Of a stretch of DNA of 64,000 nt, positions 9,980-19,116 are shown piece after piece. A program made the position numbers and the translations under genes. The notes beneath the pieces are model-generated. The model searched no databases. It saw only the letters and a list, made by a program, of their open reading frames with translations, and had not been told where the DNA came from. Positions within the stretch are counted from its first letter, which is position 1; every line of letters starts with the position of its first letter. Source of the stretch: Ignavibacteriota bacterium (GTDB lineage: Bacteria > Bacteroidota > Ignavibacteria > Palsa-1295); assembly GCA_963787835.1 (NCBI GenBank), contig CAWBEI010000002.1:1280001-1344000 (forward strand), given 5' to 3'.

Positions 9980-10667
9980 TGTTGCTGCCATATTGGTCGC
10001 CGGAGGGTCATCCGTTCGTTTTGGCTCGCGTAAACAGTTCGAGTTAATAGGCGATCTGCCGATGTACCAATATGTGGCGCGGACGTTCGCGCGCATTGAC
10101 TCCGTTCATACTATAGTGCTCGTTGGTCCCGAATCTGATATAGCGGAGATGCAGGCCGGGATGCAAAGCTTGAATCTGAATGTGAACTATAAAGTGGTGG
10201 CGGGCGGCGCAGCGAGACAGGAATCCGCTGAGAACGGATTACGCACTGTTGACGATGAAGACATCACGATTGGAATTGTGCATGATGTGGCGCGCGCATT
10301 AGTGGAGGAATCGCTTATTCGTTCCGTCATTGCGGCAATACGAGAGCATGGTGCGGCGGTCGCGTGCGTACCGGTCGTCGATACGATAAAACGTGCGGCG
10401 AATGATGAGATCATTGAAACCATCCCCCGCGAGAACCTGTGGCGCGCACAGACTCCGCAGGGTGCGCACATCTCGCTGTTACGCGATGCCTACGACTACG
10501 CGCGAACTGCGCACCTGCTTGCTACCGACGAATCCCAGCTTCTGGAGCAGATCGGCCAGCGACCACGCATTGTGCGTGGCAGCGAGATGAACTTCAAGAT
10601 CACCTATCCGGCCGATTTGGATCGAGCACGCGCCGCAATGGCGGATGGCTTGCGGAACGCTTCATAA
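9972..10667 (+). CDS. ispD: 2-C-methyl-D-erythritol 4-phosphate cytidylyltransferase
   Basis: AGGSSVRFG...KQF, RQES, VHDVAR, DTIK, AQTPQ, NFKITYPADL. Start could be 9960. Confidence 0.93.
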   Translation: MRDVAAILVAGGSSVRFGSRKQFELIGDLPMYQYVARTFARIDSVHTIVLVGPESDIAEMQAGMQSLNLNVNYKVVAGGAARQESAENGLRTVDDEDITIGIVHDVARALVEESLIRSVIAAIREHGAAVACVPVVDTIKRAANDEIIETIPRENLWRAQTPQGAHISLLRDAYDYARTAHLLATDESQLLEQIGQRPRIVRGSEMNFKITYPADLDRARAAMADGLRNAS

Positions 10668-10726
10668 CTAATTTTCTTTGGGGGTGAGTCCACTATTAGA
10701 TTCACATCTCATCCACCATTATCAAC

Positions 10727-11431
10727 ATGAAAAACGCTTTCCTCATCTTTACCATCTCTTTGCTCGCAGCGTCGTATGGCTGTTCGCTCGTTCCATCACC
10801 AAAATCTTCGACACCGGCGACCGTTGTCATCCCGAACACGGGTACAAGCTGGATGTTCCAGAATACGTATATCGATAGTACCGGAAAAGTCCTAAGGATG
10901 GACACCTCAACGAGGACCGTCGTGGCGGTGAACCAGACCATCCAGGGTGATTCCGGTGTGGTGGAGACCATCGAGACCTATACCACAAAGGCGACCGCCC
11001 CCGACACCATCTATTTCCGCTATCTTTCGAACGGCGATATTTCGCGGCTTAGCTGGCCGCTCCTTGCGCCGCATATTGCGCCCGAATGGCTGACGGTCCC
11101 CTATTATACGCACAAAACAGAACCCTATAACTGGTCCGGGAATTTTTCACTGCTTGGCTATACCAAGGATACGATCTCGTTTTCCACGTCCTATGACGAT
11201 CAGGCGAGCGACACCGTGGCGGGGGTGGTCTATTCGGCGAGTGTGGTCAATACCACGATCTGGGAGAATCTGACGGGGCCTGGGAAGGATAGTCTCATCG
11301 TACAGAACCAAACGAACGCGTTCATTGCCTCCAATGGAATTTTTGGCAGCCGAGGCAGCAGCCTACACACCATCAATGGCAAGCAAGTGTCGCGCGAGCA
11401 GCAGGTCCTGATCGCGGTGAATATAAAGTAG
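10727..11431 (+). CDS. Hypothetical lipoprotein
   Basis: Signal peptide MKNAFLIFTISLLAASYG-C with a lipobox-like Cys; Thr/Ser-rich, beta-strand-like body. Confidence 0.75.
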   Translation: MKNAFLIFTISLLAASYGCSLVPSPKSSTPATVVIPNTGTSWMFQNTYIDSTGKVLRMDTSTRTVVAVNQTIQGDSGVVETIETYTTKATAPDTIYFRYLSNGDISRLSWPLLAPHIAPEWLTVPYYTHKTEPYNWSGNFSLLGYTKDTISFSTSYDDQASDTVAGVVYSASVVNTTIWENLTGPGKDSLIVQNQTNAFIASNGIFGSRGSSLHTINGKQVSREQQVLIAVNIK

Positions 11432-11455
11432 AGAATTCCGAAAGGACGATAGGAC

Positions 11456-11488
11456 ATAGCCGGAGATGTAAGTCCCCGGCTATTTTTT
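11456..11488 (+). terminator. Rho-independent terminator
   Basis: ATAGCCGGAGA-loop-TCCCCGGCTAT hairpin followed by a T run. Confidence 0.75.
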
Positions 11489-11696
11489 GTGATTTCAGGA
11501 GAGGAAAAACAAACAAAATTTCAAAATGTGTGTGTAAAGAGTGCCACGATTTTCAGGATTAGGGGCCAATTTTTGCCAAGTTTCTTTACGGTTTTTCCAC
11601 AACGATTTCGGTTACGCTTATGTTTCCATACTCCTGCATCATTGCAAGCAATCAAAATTGGCCTAAATGTGCCAAATTCGAAGAATTTAAGAAGGA

Positions 11697-12362
11697 ATGC
11701 TCAATCTTATCGTAGTCATTATCGCGAGCTACTTAATCGGCTCGATCCCATTCGGGGTACTCATCTCAAAGAAATTTCGCGGATTCGATATCCGCACCAA
11801 AGGGTCGGGGAACATCGGCTCCACGAACGCCTTTCGAACATTAGGGTGGAAACTTGGTCTGGTCGTTCAAATTTTGGATCTGGCAAAAGGATTTGGCGTC
11901 GTTCTACTCGCCACGTTTCTCTTTAAGGGGCTTCCGTTCCATAATGCCACGCCATTTCAGGATGTCACGGTGTTCCGTTTGATCGCGGGTTGCTCTGCTG
12001 TATTGGGGCACGTATTCACGGTCTTCGGCGGGTTTCGAGGCGGTAAGGGAATCTCGACTGCGGCAGGCATGATGATCGGGGTAGCTCCGGTGGAAGTGGC
12101 CGTCGCAATAGGAATTTTTCTTTTGGTGGTGTTCTTCAGCGGTTATGTATCGCTGGCATCGATCATCGCGGCTATTACGCTGCCGACGACGATGTTCTTG
12201 CGTGAGAATGCCTTCGGCGTTCAAATTATGGGCTATAACACGCTGATCTTTTTTGTGATCGGGCTATCGTCGTTCCTGATCTATACGCATCGGTCGAATA
12301 TCGCCCGCCTGCTTGCGAACCGGGAACACCGGTTCGATAAGCTGCGGATCTTTCGAAGCTGA
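11697..12362 (+). CDS. plsY: Glycerol-3-phosphate acyltransferase
   Basis: SYLIGSIPFG, GSGNIGSTNAFR, GHVF...GGKGIST, HRSNIARL. Confidence 0.96.
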   Translation: MLNLIVVIIASYLIGSIPFGVLISKKFRGFDIRTKGSGNIGSTNAFRTLGWKLGLVVQILDLAKGFGVVLLATFLFKGLPFHNATPFQDVTVFRLIAGCSAVLGHVFTVFGGFRGGKGISTAAGMMIGVAPVEVAVAIGIFLLVVFFSGYVSLASIIAAITLPTTMFLRENAFGVQIMGYNTLIFFVIGLSSFLIYTHRSNIARLLANREHRFDKLRIFRS

Positions 12363-12402
12363 TGTTAGTAGTCTCAGCGGTGAGACGTAGCACAAACACG
12401 CT

Positions 12403-13401
12403 GTGAAGACTGTAGTCATAGGCGCGGGAGGCTGGGGCACCACGCTGGCCCGTATGCTCGATGAACGAGGGCATGAGGTCACCCTGTGGGCACGGCGGGA
12501 AAAATTTGCAGATCAAATTCGCCACGCACGTGAAAATGCGGTGTATCTTCCGGGCGTTGCGATCTCGCCGTTTATTGAGGTCACGCATGATGCCTCTGCC
12601 CTGGATGGTAAAGAGTTATATGTCTTTGCCCTGCCAAGTCAGGAAACACGTAAGGTCGTACACGATCTTTCCAAACATATCTCACGATCGAACGCGATCT
12701 ATGTAAGTGCCTCGAAAGGGATTGAAAAAAATACCCTGTTACGAGTAACAGAAGTATTGGCCGATACGCTGGGAGTTGTGGCATCCCGAACCGCTGTGCT
12801 TTCCGGTCCAAGCCATGCCGAGGAAGTGGCACGTCAGGTTCCCACAGCGATCGTTGCAGCCAGTACCGAGCATGATGTGGCACGTGAGGTTCAAAGTGCA
12901 TTTTTCCTTCCATATTTCAGGGTATATTCGAGTTCCGATGTGGTTGGAGTCGAGCTTGCTGCGGCGTTGAAAAATGTCATCGCGATCTGCGCCGGAATCA
13001 CGGATGGAGCAGGTTTCGGCGATAATACCAAAGCCGCCCTCATGACCCGAGGGCTCGCCGAAATGCGGCGATTAGGCATTGCGCTTGGCGCGGAGGAGCA
13101 TACGTTCAGCGGCCTTGCAGGATTAGGGGATCTCGTCGTCACCTGTTCGAGCAAGCATTCCAGAAATCGGTTCGTTGGCGAGCAAATTGGCCGAGGCCGA
13201 AAGCTCAAAGATATTTTGAACGATCTGAAAACCGTTGCCGAAGGCGTATCGACGGCGGAATCGGCAATGAGCCTTGCGGAACTCCACAAAATTGAAATGC
13301 CGATCGTCCAGGAGACGTACAAGATACTTTTCGAGAATAAAGACCCTCGCGAGGCAACCAATGACCTTATGAACCGTGACCCTAAATCGGAACGATGGTA
13401 A
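12403..13401 (+). CDS. gpsA: NAD(P)H-dependent glycerol-3-phosphate dehydrogenase
   Basis: GAGGWGT, SKGIE, LSGPSHAEEV, ALKNVIAI, GLGDLVVTC...SRNR. Confidence 0.97.
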   Translation: MKTVVIGAGGWGTTLARMLDERGHEVTLWARREKFADQIRHARENAVYLPGVAISPFIEVTHDASALDGKELYVFALPSQETRKVVHDLSKHISRSNAIYVSASKGIEKNTLLRVTEVLADTLGVVASRTAVLSGPSHAEEVARQVPTAIVAASTEHDVAREVQSAFFLPYFRVYSSSDVVGVELAAALKNVIAICAGITDGAGFGDNTKAALMTRGLAEMRRLGIALGAEEHTFSGLAGLGDLVVTCSSKHSRNRFVGEQIGRGRKLKDILNDLKTVAEGVSTAESAMSLAELHKIEMPIVQETYKILFENKDPREATNDLMNRDPKSERW

Positions 13402-13434
13402 ACGGCGGCACTCAGGATAAAACTTAATTACAAC

Positions 13435-14418
13435 ATGCTTCGAATTGGTATCGCCGGAGTCGGTCATTTAGGAAAAATTCACGCCAAGCTTTGGAAGGAA
13501 GTCGAGGGTGTTACCGTTGCGGGAATTTATGATGCAAATCCTGCCGTTGCGGGCGCCGTTTCGAATGACCTGAACAATCCCTGGTTTGAGGATTACGAAA
13601 AATTTCTTCAGCACGTCGATGCGCTCTCTATTGTAACTTCCACGCCATCGCATTATGCGATTGCAAAGGAAGCGATCGTTGCCGGCAAGCATGTCCTGAT
13701 CGAAAAGCCCATCACCACCACCACCGAGCAAGCCGAGGAACTTATCGAGCTTGCGAAAAAGCATCATGTAAAGATCCAGGTAGGCCATATCGAGCGGTTC
13801 AATCCGGCGCTGCTGGCAGCGGAGCATTATCTTAATGATCCTCGCTTTTTCGAGTCCCACCGCATGGCGCAGTTTCAGCCAAGAGGAACTGATGTTGCCG
13901 TTGTGCTCGATCTCATGATCCACGATATCAACGTCATCCTTTCACTTGTCAATTCGCCGGTAAAATCAATCGACGCTTCCGGCGTTGCCGTCGTCTCCGA
14001 GGAACTCGATATTGCCAACGCCCGCATCAAGTTCGAGAACGGCGCCGTTGCTAACGTGACCGCCAGCCGTATCTCCCAAACTCCGATGCGCAAGCTTCGC
14101 ATTTTTGCGAAGGATGCCTATCTCTCGCTCGATTTTGGAACGAAATCTGCCGACATCTTCCGGCTCATCTCTGGAGACGAGCAGTCACATCATAGTGGAC
14201 TTACCATGAAGCTCGGCCAGATCGAAAAGGGCAACATTCCCAGGACCATCATCTACGAAAAACCCGACGTTCGCGATCTGAACCCGCTGAAATACGAACT
14301 CGAAATTTTCCGAGATGCCATTGTGAACGATACCACACCGCTCGTCTCCGGCGAAGACGGCCTGAACGCCCTCCGTGTAGCCGAGATGATCCTGAAAGCC
14401 ATCGAAGAAGGGAAGTAA
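13435..14418 (+). CDS. Gfo/Idh/MocA oxidoreductase, GnnA-like (putative UDP-GlcNAc 3-dehydrogenase)
   Basis: GVGHLG, IEKP, QVGHIERFNPA, RGTDVAVVLDLMIHD, ANVTASRIS. Confidence 0.85.
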   Translation: MLRIGIAGVGHLGKIHAKLWKEVEGVTVAGIYDANPAVAGAVSNDLNNPWFEDYEKFLQHVDALSIVTSTPSHYAIAKEAIVAGKHVLIEKPITTTTEQAEELIELAKKHHVKIQVGHIERFNPALLAAEHYLNDPRFFESHRMAQFQPRGTDVAVVLDLMIHDINVILSLVNSPVKSIDASGVAVVSEELDIANARIKFENGAVANVTASRISQTPMRKLRIFAKDAYLSLDFGTKSADIFRLISGDEQSHHSGLTMKLGQIEKGNIPRTIIYEKPDVRDLNPLKYELEIFRDAIVNDTTPLVSGEDGLNALRVAEMILKAIEEGK

Positions 14419-14583
14419 TCTTTTTCCGTTGGAAATAGGTGCCATTTCTTTTTCTTGCTGAGTTCCCGACCACCCTCGAATGTAAGCCAAATTCGCCATT
14501 TGAGGCAAACGTTATTCACAATTCACTTTCGTGAAGAACTCGTTCATAATGAAAGCCGTCGCCCCCTCTATTTTCAATGAACT

Positions 14584-14625
14584 CCCCATCCTTCCCTAAT
14601 CCTGAGAATCCTGTAAATCGTGGTC
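14584..14625. repeat. Solo arm of a 9-nt-period repeat element (AATCCTGAG AATCCTGTA AATCGTGGT)
   Basis: Resembles the reverse complement of 43727-43770 and the arm at 41226-41262. Confidence 0.6.
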
Positions 14626-14736
14626 TACTTCTTAATTCTTAATTGATACAGGGTGCCCATCACAGTAGATACTAATATACGCACTAAAATCGGCAAAGTC
14701 AAGGGATTCCGAAAAATAATTGATTTTTCGTGTGAT

Positions 14737-14806
14737 GTAGCGCAGGGGTCCTCGCCTGTCCCCCTGCGCGTGGAGGGAAGGGGACCGGCGGGGACGTCGG
14801 CGCTAC
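14737..14806. repeat. GTAG-type REP doublet (REPIN-like)
   Basis: GTAGCGCAGGGGTCCTCGCCTGTCCCC with inverted partner reading GTAGCGCCGACGTCCCCGCCGGTCCCC. Confidence 0.75.
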
Positions 14807-14830
14807 GATAATCCCCGTTCAACTGCCCTC

Positions 14831-16246
14831 TTATTCCTTCACAAATTTCGCGCGCGAATACCCATCACTTATGAAATAGACGCCGGATGGGAGCGAGGAA
14901 ACATCCAGCGAGTTGCCGGTTTGTCTAATCGCATAACTTCGGCCAAGAGGGTCGAGAACGGAGATCACTCCGCCTGACGATTCGAAGTTGAGAATGCTCG
15001 ATGCCGGATTGGGATAAATAGTGGCTTGATGCAGAGTTGGTTCACTTTTCGAAACTGAAGATTGAGGAGCAAATGTTAGTCGCGCCAGATACGCGGGGTA
15101 GTCATTCCCTTCAAGACTGGATGTGCTAAATGCGCCAATTATCGAGCCATTTTGAGTCTCAGCGGCACCCCAAAAAAAGAGTGCGCCTTCAACAGTCCTA
15201 TTGATTTGAATGGAATCCGTTTGCCGGACCCACGTCGCACCCAGATCGGTACTCAGTCGTACTAAACCAGTATTAGTACCAAATCCGACATCATCGACAT
15301 TAGCAACGTTAAGGGCAATAATGGAATCTCCGAATAGACGATACATGGAGCCAAAAGCAGTTATGGCCCCAGTATCAATAATAATATTCCAACTTTGGCC
15401 TCCATCATAGGTTCGAAGTAAAATCGATCTAGAATTGGAGTCTGACTTGGAAAAAAGGGAACCCGTGCGCCCTTGTAGGATCGTATCACCCTGCCCCCAA
15501 ACTGTACTTGTATAGTAGAACCAATAGCCCGCCAATCCATTAATTTTCCCCGAATCGGGAGTGTATTGTGGTAGGTAATTGGAATCGACGGTATTCCATC
15601 CGTCAAGCGTAGTGTATAATGAATTATACCCGAACACACGATATTTATCGTTACCATACGAATGGCATACCATTGAACCATATGAACCAGAGGGAACGAA
15701 AGGAACAGTATCCCATCCTGCTTCCGATTGTGTAAGAATGACGTCCGGATAAGCGCCGACAATAATTCCTTCAATCAGGCTATGACAGTCGATATCGATA
15801 AGATCGGAAGTTGTTGGGCAAGGCATTTTTTGCCATGTACTACCACCATCGAACGTCCGGAGAATGAGGCCGCTATCGCCCACAGCGAATGCAACAAGTG
15901 AATCAACCTGATCGACTTTATTAATCCGGAAAACACTGAGACTTGAAAAATTATATGACTCCAGATTATCAGGCGGTACCTGCTCTTTCCAAGTAAGACC
16001 AGCGTCATCAGTTCTCCAAAAGACACTTCTATGCGCGGGCAAAGACGGAAGCCATTCCTCCGCTAATACTGTGCAGGTGTTCCCATAACAGGAAATTTGT
16101 GAACTCACCGAGGTATCGAAATCAGTAACGTTTGCAAGAATTTGAGCGTACGTTGAAATAGCAAAACAGGAGTTTAGTACGGCAATTACAAGGAATTGCC
16201 GTACTAAACGAAATGAGGACGCCTGATGTATTAAAAGAGACCGCAT
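14831..16246 (-). CDS. Secreted Asp-box (BNR/Ycf48-like) beta-propeller protein with T9SS type A CTD, array copy 1
   Basis: Signal peptide ending STYA-Q; Asp boxes TDDAGLTW, TFDGGSTW, TYDGGQSW, STDLGATW; CTD IYPNPA...LPSGVYFI...KFVKE. Confidence 0.88.
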   Translation of the reverse strand: MRSLLIHQASSFRLVRQFLVIAVLNSCFAISTYAQILANVTDFDTSVSSQISCYGNTCTVLAEEWLPSLPAHRSVFWRTDDAGLTWKEQVPPDNLESYNFSSLSVFRINKVDQVDSLVAFAVGDSGLILRTFDGGSTWQKMPCPTTSDLIDIDCHSLIEGIIVGAYPDVILTQSEAGWDTVPFVPSGSYGSMVCHSYGNDKYRVFGYNSLYTTLDGWNTVDSNYLPQYTPDSGKINGLAGYWFYYTSTVWGQGDTILQGRTGSLFSKSDSNSRSILLRTYDGGQSWNIIIDTGAITAFGSMYRLFGDSIIALNVANVDDVGFGTNTGLVRLSTDLGATWVRQTDSIQINRTVEGALFFWGAAETQNGSIIGAFSTSSLEGNDYPAYLARLTFAPQSSVSKSEPTLHQATIYPNPASSILNFESSGGVISVLDPLGRSYAIRQTGNSLDVSSLPSGVYFISDGYSRAKFVKE

Positions 16247-16268
16247 GGATCTAAATTATAACAAGCGC

Positions 16269-16292
16269 GTAGGTCGAGCGTCCTCGCTCGAC
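16269..16292. repeat. Single GTAG-type REP
   Basis: GTAG-GTCGAGCG-TCCT-CGCTCGAC perfect hairpin; same GTCCTCG core as 14737-14806. Confidence 0.7.
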
Positions 16293-16392
16293 ATGGCAGT
16301 CCCCCTTGCCACACCAAATGGCATTTGGGGATACAAGTGTCGGTCGGTCCGGGTTGAACGTAGATCATAATAGTTCTCAAATTAGCACGCCG

Positions 16393-17754
16393 CTATTCCT
16401 TCACAAATTTCGCCCGCGAATGCCCGTCGCTCACAAAATATACGCCGGACGGAAGCGAGGAAACATCCAGCGAGTTGCCGGTTTGTCTAATCGCATAACT
16501 TCGGCCAAGAGGGTCGAGAACGGAAATATTTCCTTCACTCGATGTAATTTGAATTTTGCCAGTTGCTGGATTGGGGAAAATGTTAAAAACCGGCTGTGAT
16601 GAAACCGCAGGTGCAACACTTGATGGAACCGGCTCCAAATAGGCGAGAAGGTTGGATCCATCGTAGTTGCTATCCGTTTCAATATTGGCAATAACGCGAC
16701 CTGAATCGGTTACCGCTATAGTTTGAATCCAATAATAGGGAGCGCCGTTATCAACGGGTACCGAATATACCTGCCATGTAGCGCCCTGATCCGTGCTCAT
16801 CACAATCCGTTCGGAAGAATCTTCGCCAGCAATAACAATCGTTCGTTTATTTATAGGAGTTATGGTAGTAGGCTCTAACGCAACAGTATCGTGAAGCGGG
16901 TATTGCCAACTCTGTCCCAAATTGGGAGAGATAGCGATAGAAAGATAATAATGTGACGTGCTGGAATCGAATCGTTCACTAAGCACCGCCAACGAATCGT
17001 TCTCGCCGAATGTCAGGAACTGAGGGTTTACGACGGAACTTTGAATAGAGTCGGTAATTACAATAAAAGACGTATCTGACGTTCTCCAATCGTCGTAAGT
17101 GGTTAAAATCTTGTTTGGCGATACAAAAACACGAAACATGCCGCTTCCATAGGAGCGAAAGGAAGAGCCGTGACCTGTAATTTCTTTGTCCCAATGTTTC
17201 CCTGAGTCTAAGGTTGAATAATATAAACCATTATCTGCATTCACCATTCCCTCGGCTGCGTCTGAAAAGTCAACATAGTAATACCCGCCGTTGAAGAGAG
17301 TATCCTTCCCAACTACATTAGTCTGGATATTGTTTGTATCGATCTGAAAGGTTTTCCACCCGTCAAACGTTTGGATAGTGGCGCCCACGCGTGCATCGAC
17401 GGCAATTGCATCAAGGGAATCAAGCTGTTGAATGTTATCGAAATAATAATCAGTGCCCCCTCCGGGATGATGAATTGCTTGTGGAATGGGACCCGCAGAG
17501 TTCCACGTCAGTCCACCGTCCGTACTGTGAATGATAAAATTGGAATCTGGCATTTGATGTGATTCCCCAGGTGAACCCCACACTACCCCAACCGCCGAAC
17601 AGCTCTCACCAGAACACGAAATACTTATGAAGCCATAATAGAATGTGTCGATACGGTCTGGGTGTATGACGTGCCACCGGTATTGCCCATTAGCTCTTGA
17701 AACGAATGCAATGCACGAGAACAGAGCGATTAGGACGATTATTGATTTTTTCAT
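16393..17754 (-). CDS. Secreted Asp-box beta-propeller protein with T9SS type A CTD, copy 2
   Basis: Signal peptide ANG-Q; STDGGLTW, STLDSGKHW, STDQGATW; CTD IFPNPA...KFVKE. Confidence 0.88.
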   Translation of the reverse strand: MKKSIIVLIALFSCIAFVSRANGQYRWHVIHPDRIDTFYYGFISISCSGESCSAVGVVWGSPGESHQMPDSNFIIHSTDGGLTWNSAGPIPQAIHHPGGGTDYYFDNIQQLDSLDAIAVDARVGATIQTFDGWKTFQIDTNNIQTNVVGKDTLFNGGYYYVDFSDAAEGMVNADNGLYYSTLDSGKHWDKEITGHGSSFRSYGSGMFRVFVSPNKILTTYDDWRTSDTSFIVITDSIQSSVVNPQFLTFGENDSLAVLSERFDSSTSHYYLSIAISPNLGQSWQYPLHDTVALEPTTITPINKRTIVIAGEDSSERIVMSTDQGATWQVYSVPVDNGAPYYWIQTIAVTDSGRVIANIETDSNYDGSNLLAYLEPVPSSVAPAVSSQPVFNIFPNPATGKIQITSSEGNISVLDPLGRSYAIRQTGNSLDVSSLPSGVYFVSDGHSRAKFVKE

Positions 17755-17758
17755 GATT

Positions 17759-19111
17759 TTATTCCTTCACAAATTTCGCCCGATTTTGCCCATCGCTCAC
17801 AAAATATACGCCGGATGGAAGCGAGGAAATATCCAGCGTATTACCGGTTTGCTTTACTTCATAATTGCGCCCGAGGGGATCGAGAATGGTAATTTCTAAC
17901 CCGAAATTACCGACATTCAGAATGTTTGTGCAGGGGTCGGGGTAAACGGAGAATGAATCGTTCGACGGAAATTGGGCACGAACAATGGATGGATCAGGCT
18001 CCAGATATGCCAGATATGAGGAACCTAAAAAGCCACTATCGTCGGAAATTCCCGCAAGAACCCGACCGGAACCTGTTACAGTAAATGGAGTGATGCTGTA
18101 ATAAGGAACCCCATTACTGAGTGGCACTGTATCGCATTCCCAATGCAGACCGCCATCGAAACTCTGGACGATCCGGCCAACGGAATCGTTACCGGCCATG
18201 ACCATGTGATGCCAGTCTAACGATCCTTGAAGAGGACTAACAGCGAAGTAGATGCCATTATTTTTCGGAACTGGCAATTCGCTCCAATGTGCGCCGAAAT
18301 CGGTGGAAAACGCCATTGCCACGGAAGCGTGGTAATCGGTGCTGTCCTTCCATCGCCATCCTTCAATGGCAAGTGTATCTCCAGAGCCAAAGAACATTGT
18401 GACGGGATGAAAGCTTGTATCCGAGAGCGGTCCATCCGATGCCATTAGGGTGGTGTCCCAAGTGCTCCAATTATCCTGTGTAGTAAAAATCTGACCAGGG
18501 GCGTTAAACACACGGAACATGCCACCGCCATAGGAATGACATGCGTCCCCGTTATCGAATACTTCCTGTTGCCAGTGGTTTCCAGAATCAACGGTGGACC
18601 AGTAAAAACCAAATGGCGCCTCCAGCATGCCTTCGGCAGCATCAGCAAAATGGACACTGTATACGTCATTCACAGCACTGGTGCTATCGACATGCCACGT
18701 TTTCCAGCCATCGTGAGTTGTAAGAATCTCATTAGATTCATCATCGATGATGACCACGTTCAAGGAATCAATTTGCTGCGAGATACCATAATGGACGCCG
18801 TTCCTGCCTTTCCCACTTGAAGTGTACTTCCATCGAGGGATTCCTGCAGCGACCACAGACCATGATAAGCCTCCATCATGGCTCGAAAGAATAACACTCG
18901 AATCGCCCAGCAAAAGCTTTTGATCACCTAATGAGGCATAGATAACTTCTGTCGCAACGCAATTATCGCCATTGCAGGAAATGGATGAAGGGCCCTGATA
19001 GAACGTCGAGTCGGTCCTATCAGGAAGAATAATATGCCAGTGGTATTGCGCATGCAATTCTGGCGAAATCGTCAGAATTGCGAGGATCGCAAGAAATAAA
19101 GTGTGTTTCAT
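17759..19111 (-). CDS. Secreted Asp-box beta-propeller protein with T9SS type A CTD, copy 3
   Basis: Signal peptide LHA-Q; SHDGGLSW, STDFGAHW, SFDGGLHW; CTD VYPDPC...KFVKE. Confidence 0.88.
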   Translation of the reverse strand: MKHTLFLAILAILTISPELHAQYHWHIILPDRTDSTFYQGPSSISCNGDNCVATEVIYASLGDQKLLLGDSSVILSSHDGGLSWSVVAAGIPRWKYTSSGKGRNGVHYGISQQIDSLNVVIIDDESNEILTTHDGWKTWHVDSTSAVNDVYSVHFADAAEGMLEAPFGFYWSTVDSGNHWQQEVFDNGDACHSYGGGMFRVFNAPGQIFTTQDNWSTWDTTLMASDGPLSDTSFHPVTMFFGSGDTLAIEGWRWKDSTDYHASVAMAFSTDFGAHWSELPVPKNNGIYFAVSPLQGSLDWHHMVMAGNDSVGRIVQSFDGGLHWECDTVPLSNGVPYYSITPFTVTGSGRVLAGISDDSGFLGSSYLAYLEPDPSIVRAQFPSNDSFSVYPDPCTNILNVGNFGLEITILDPLGRNYEVKQTGNTLDISSLPSGVYFVSDGQNRAKFVKE

Positions 19112-19116
19112 TTCAT

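Noticed and set aside
11489-11926. 145-aa ORF overlapping plsY
   Set aside because: Out-of-frame overlap with a confident gene and no recognisable motifs.
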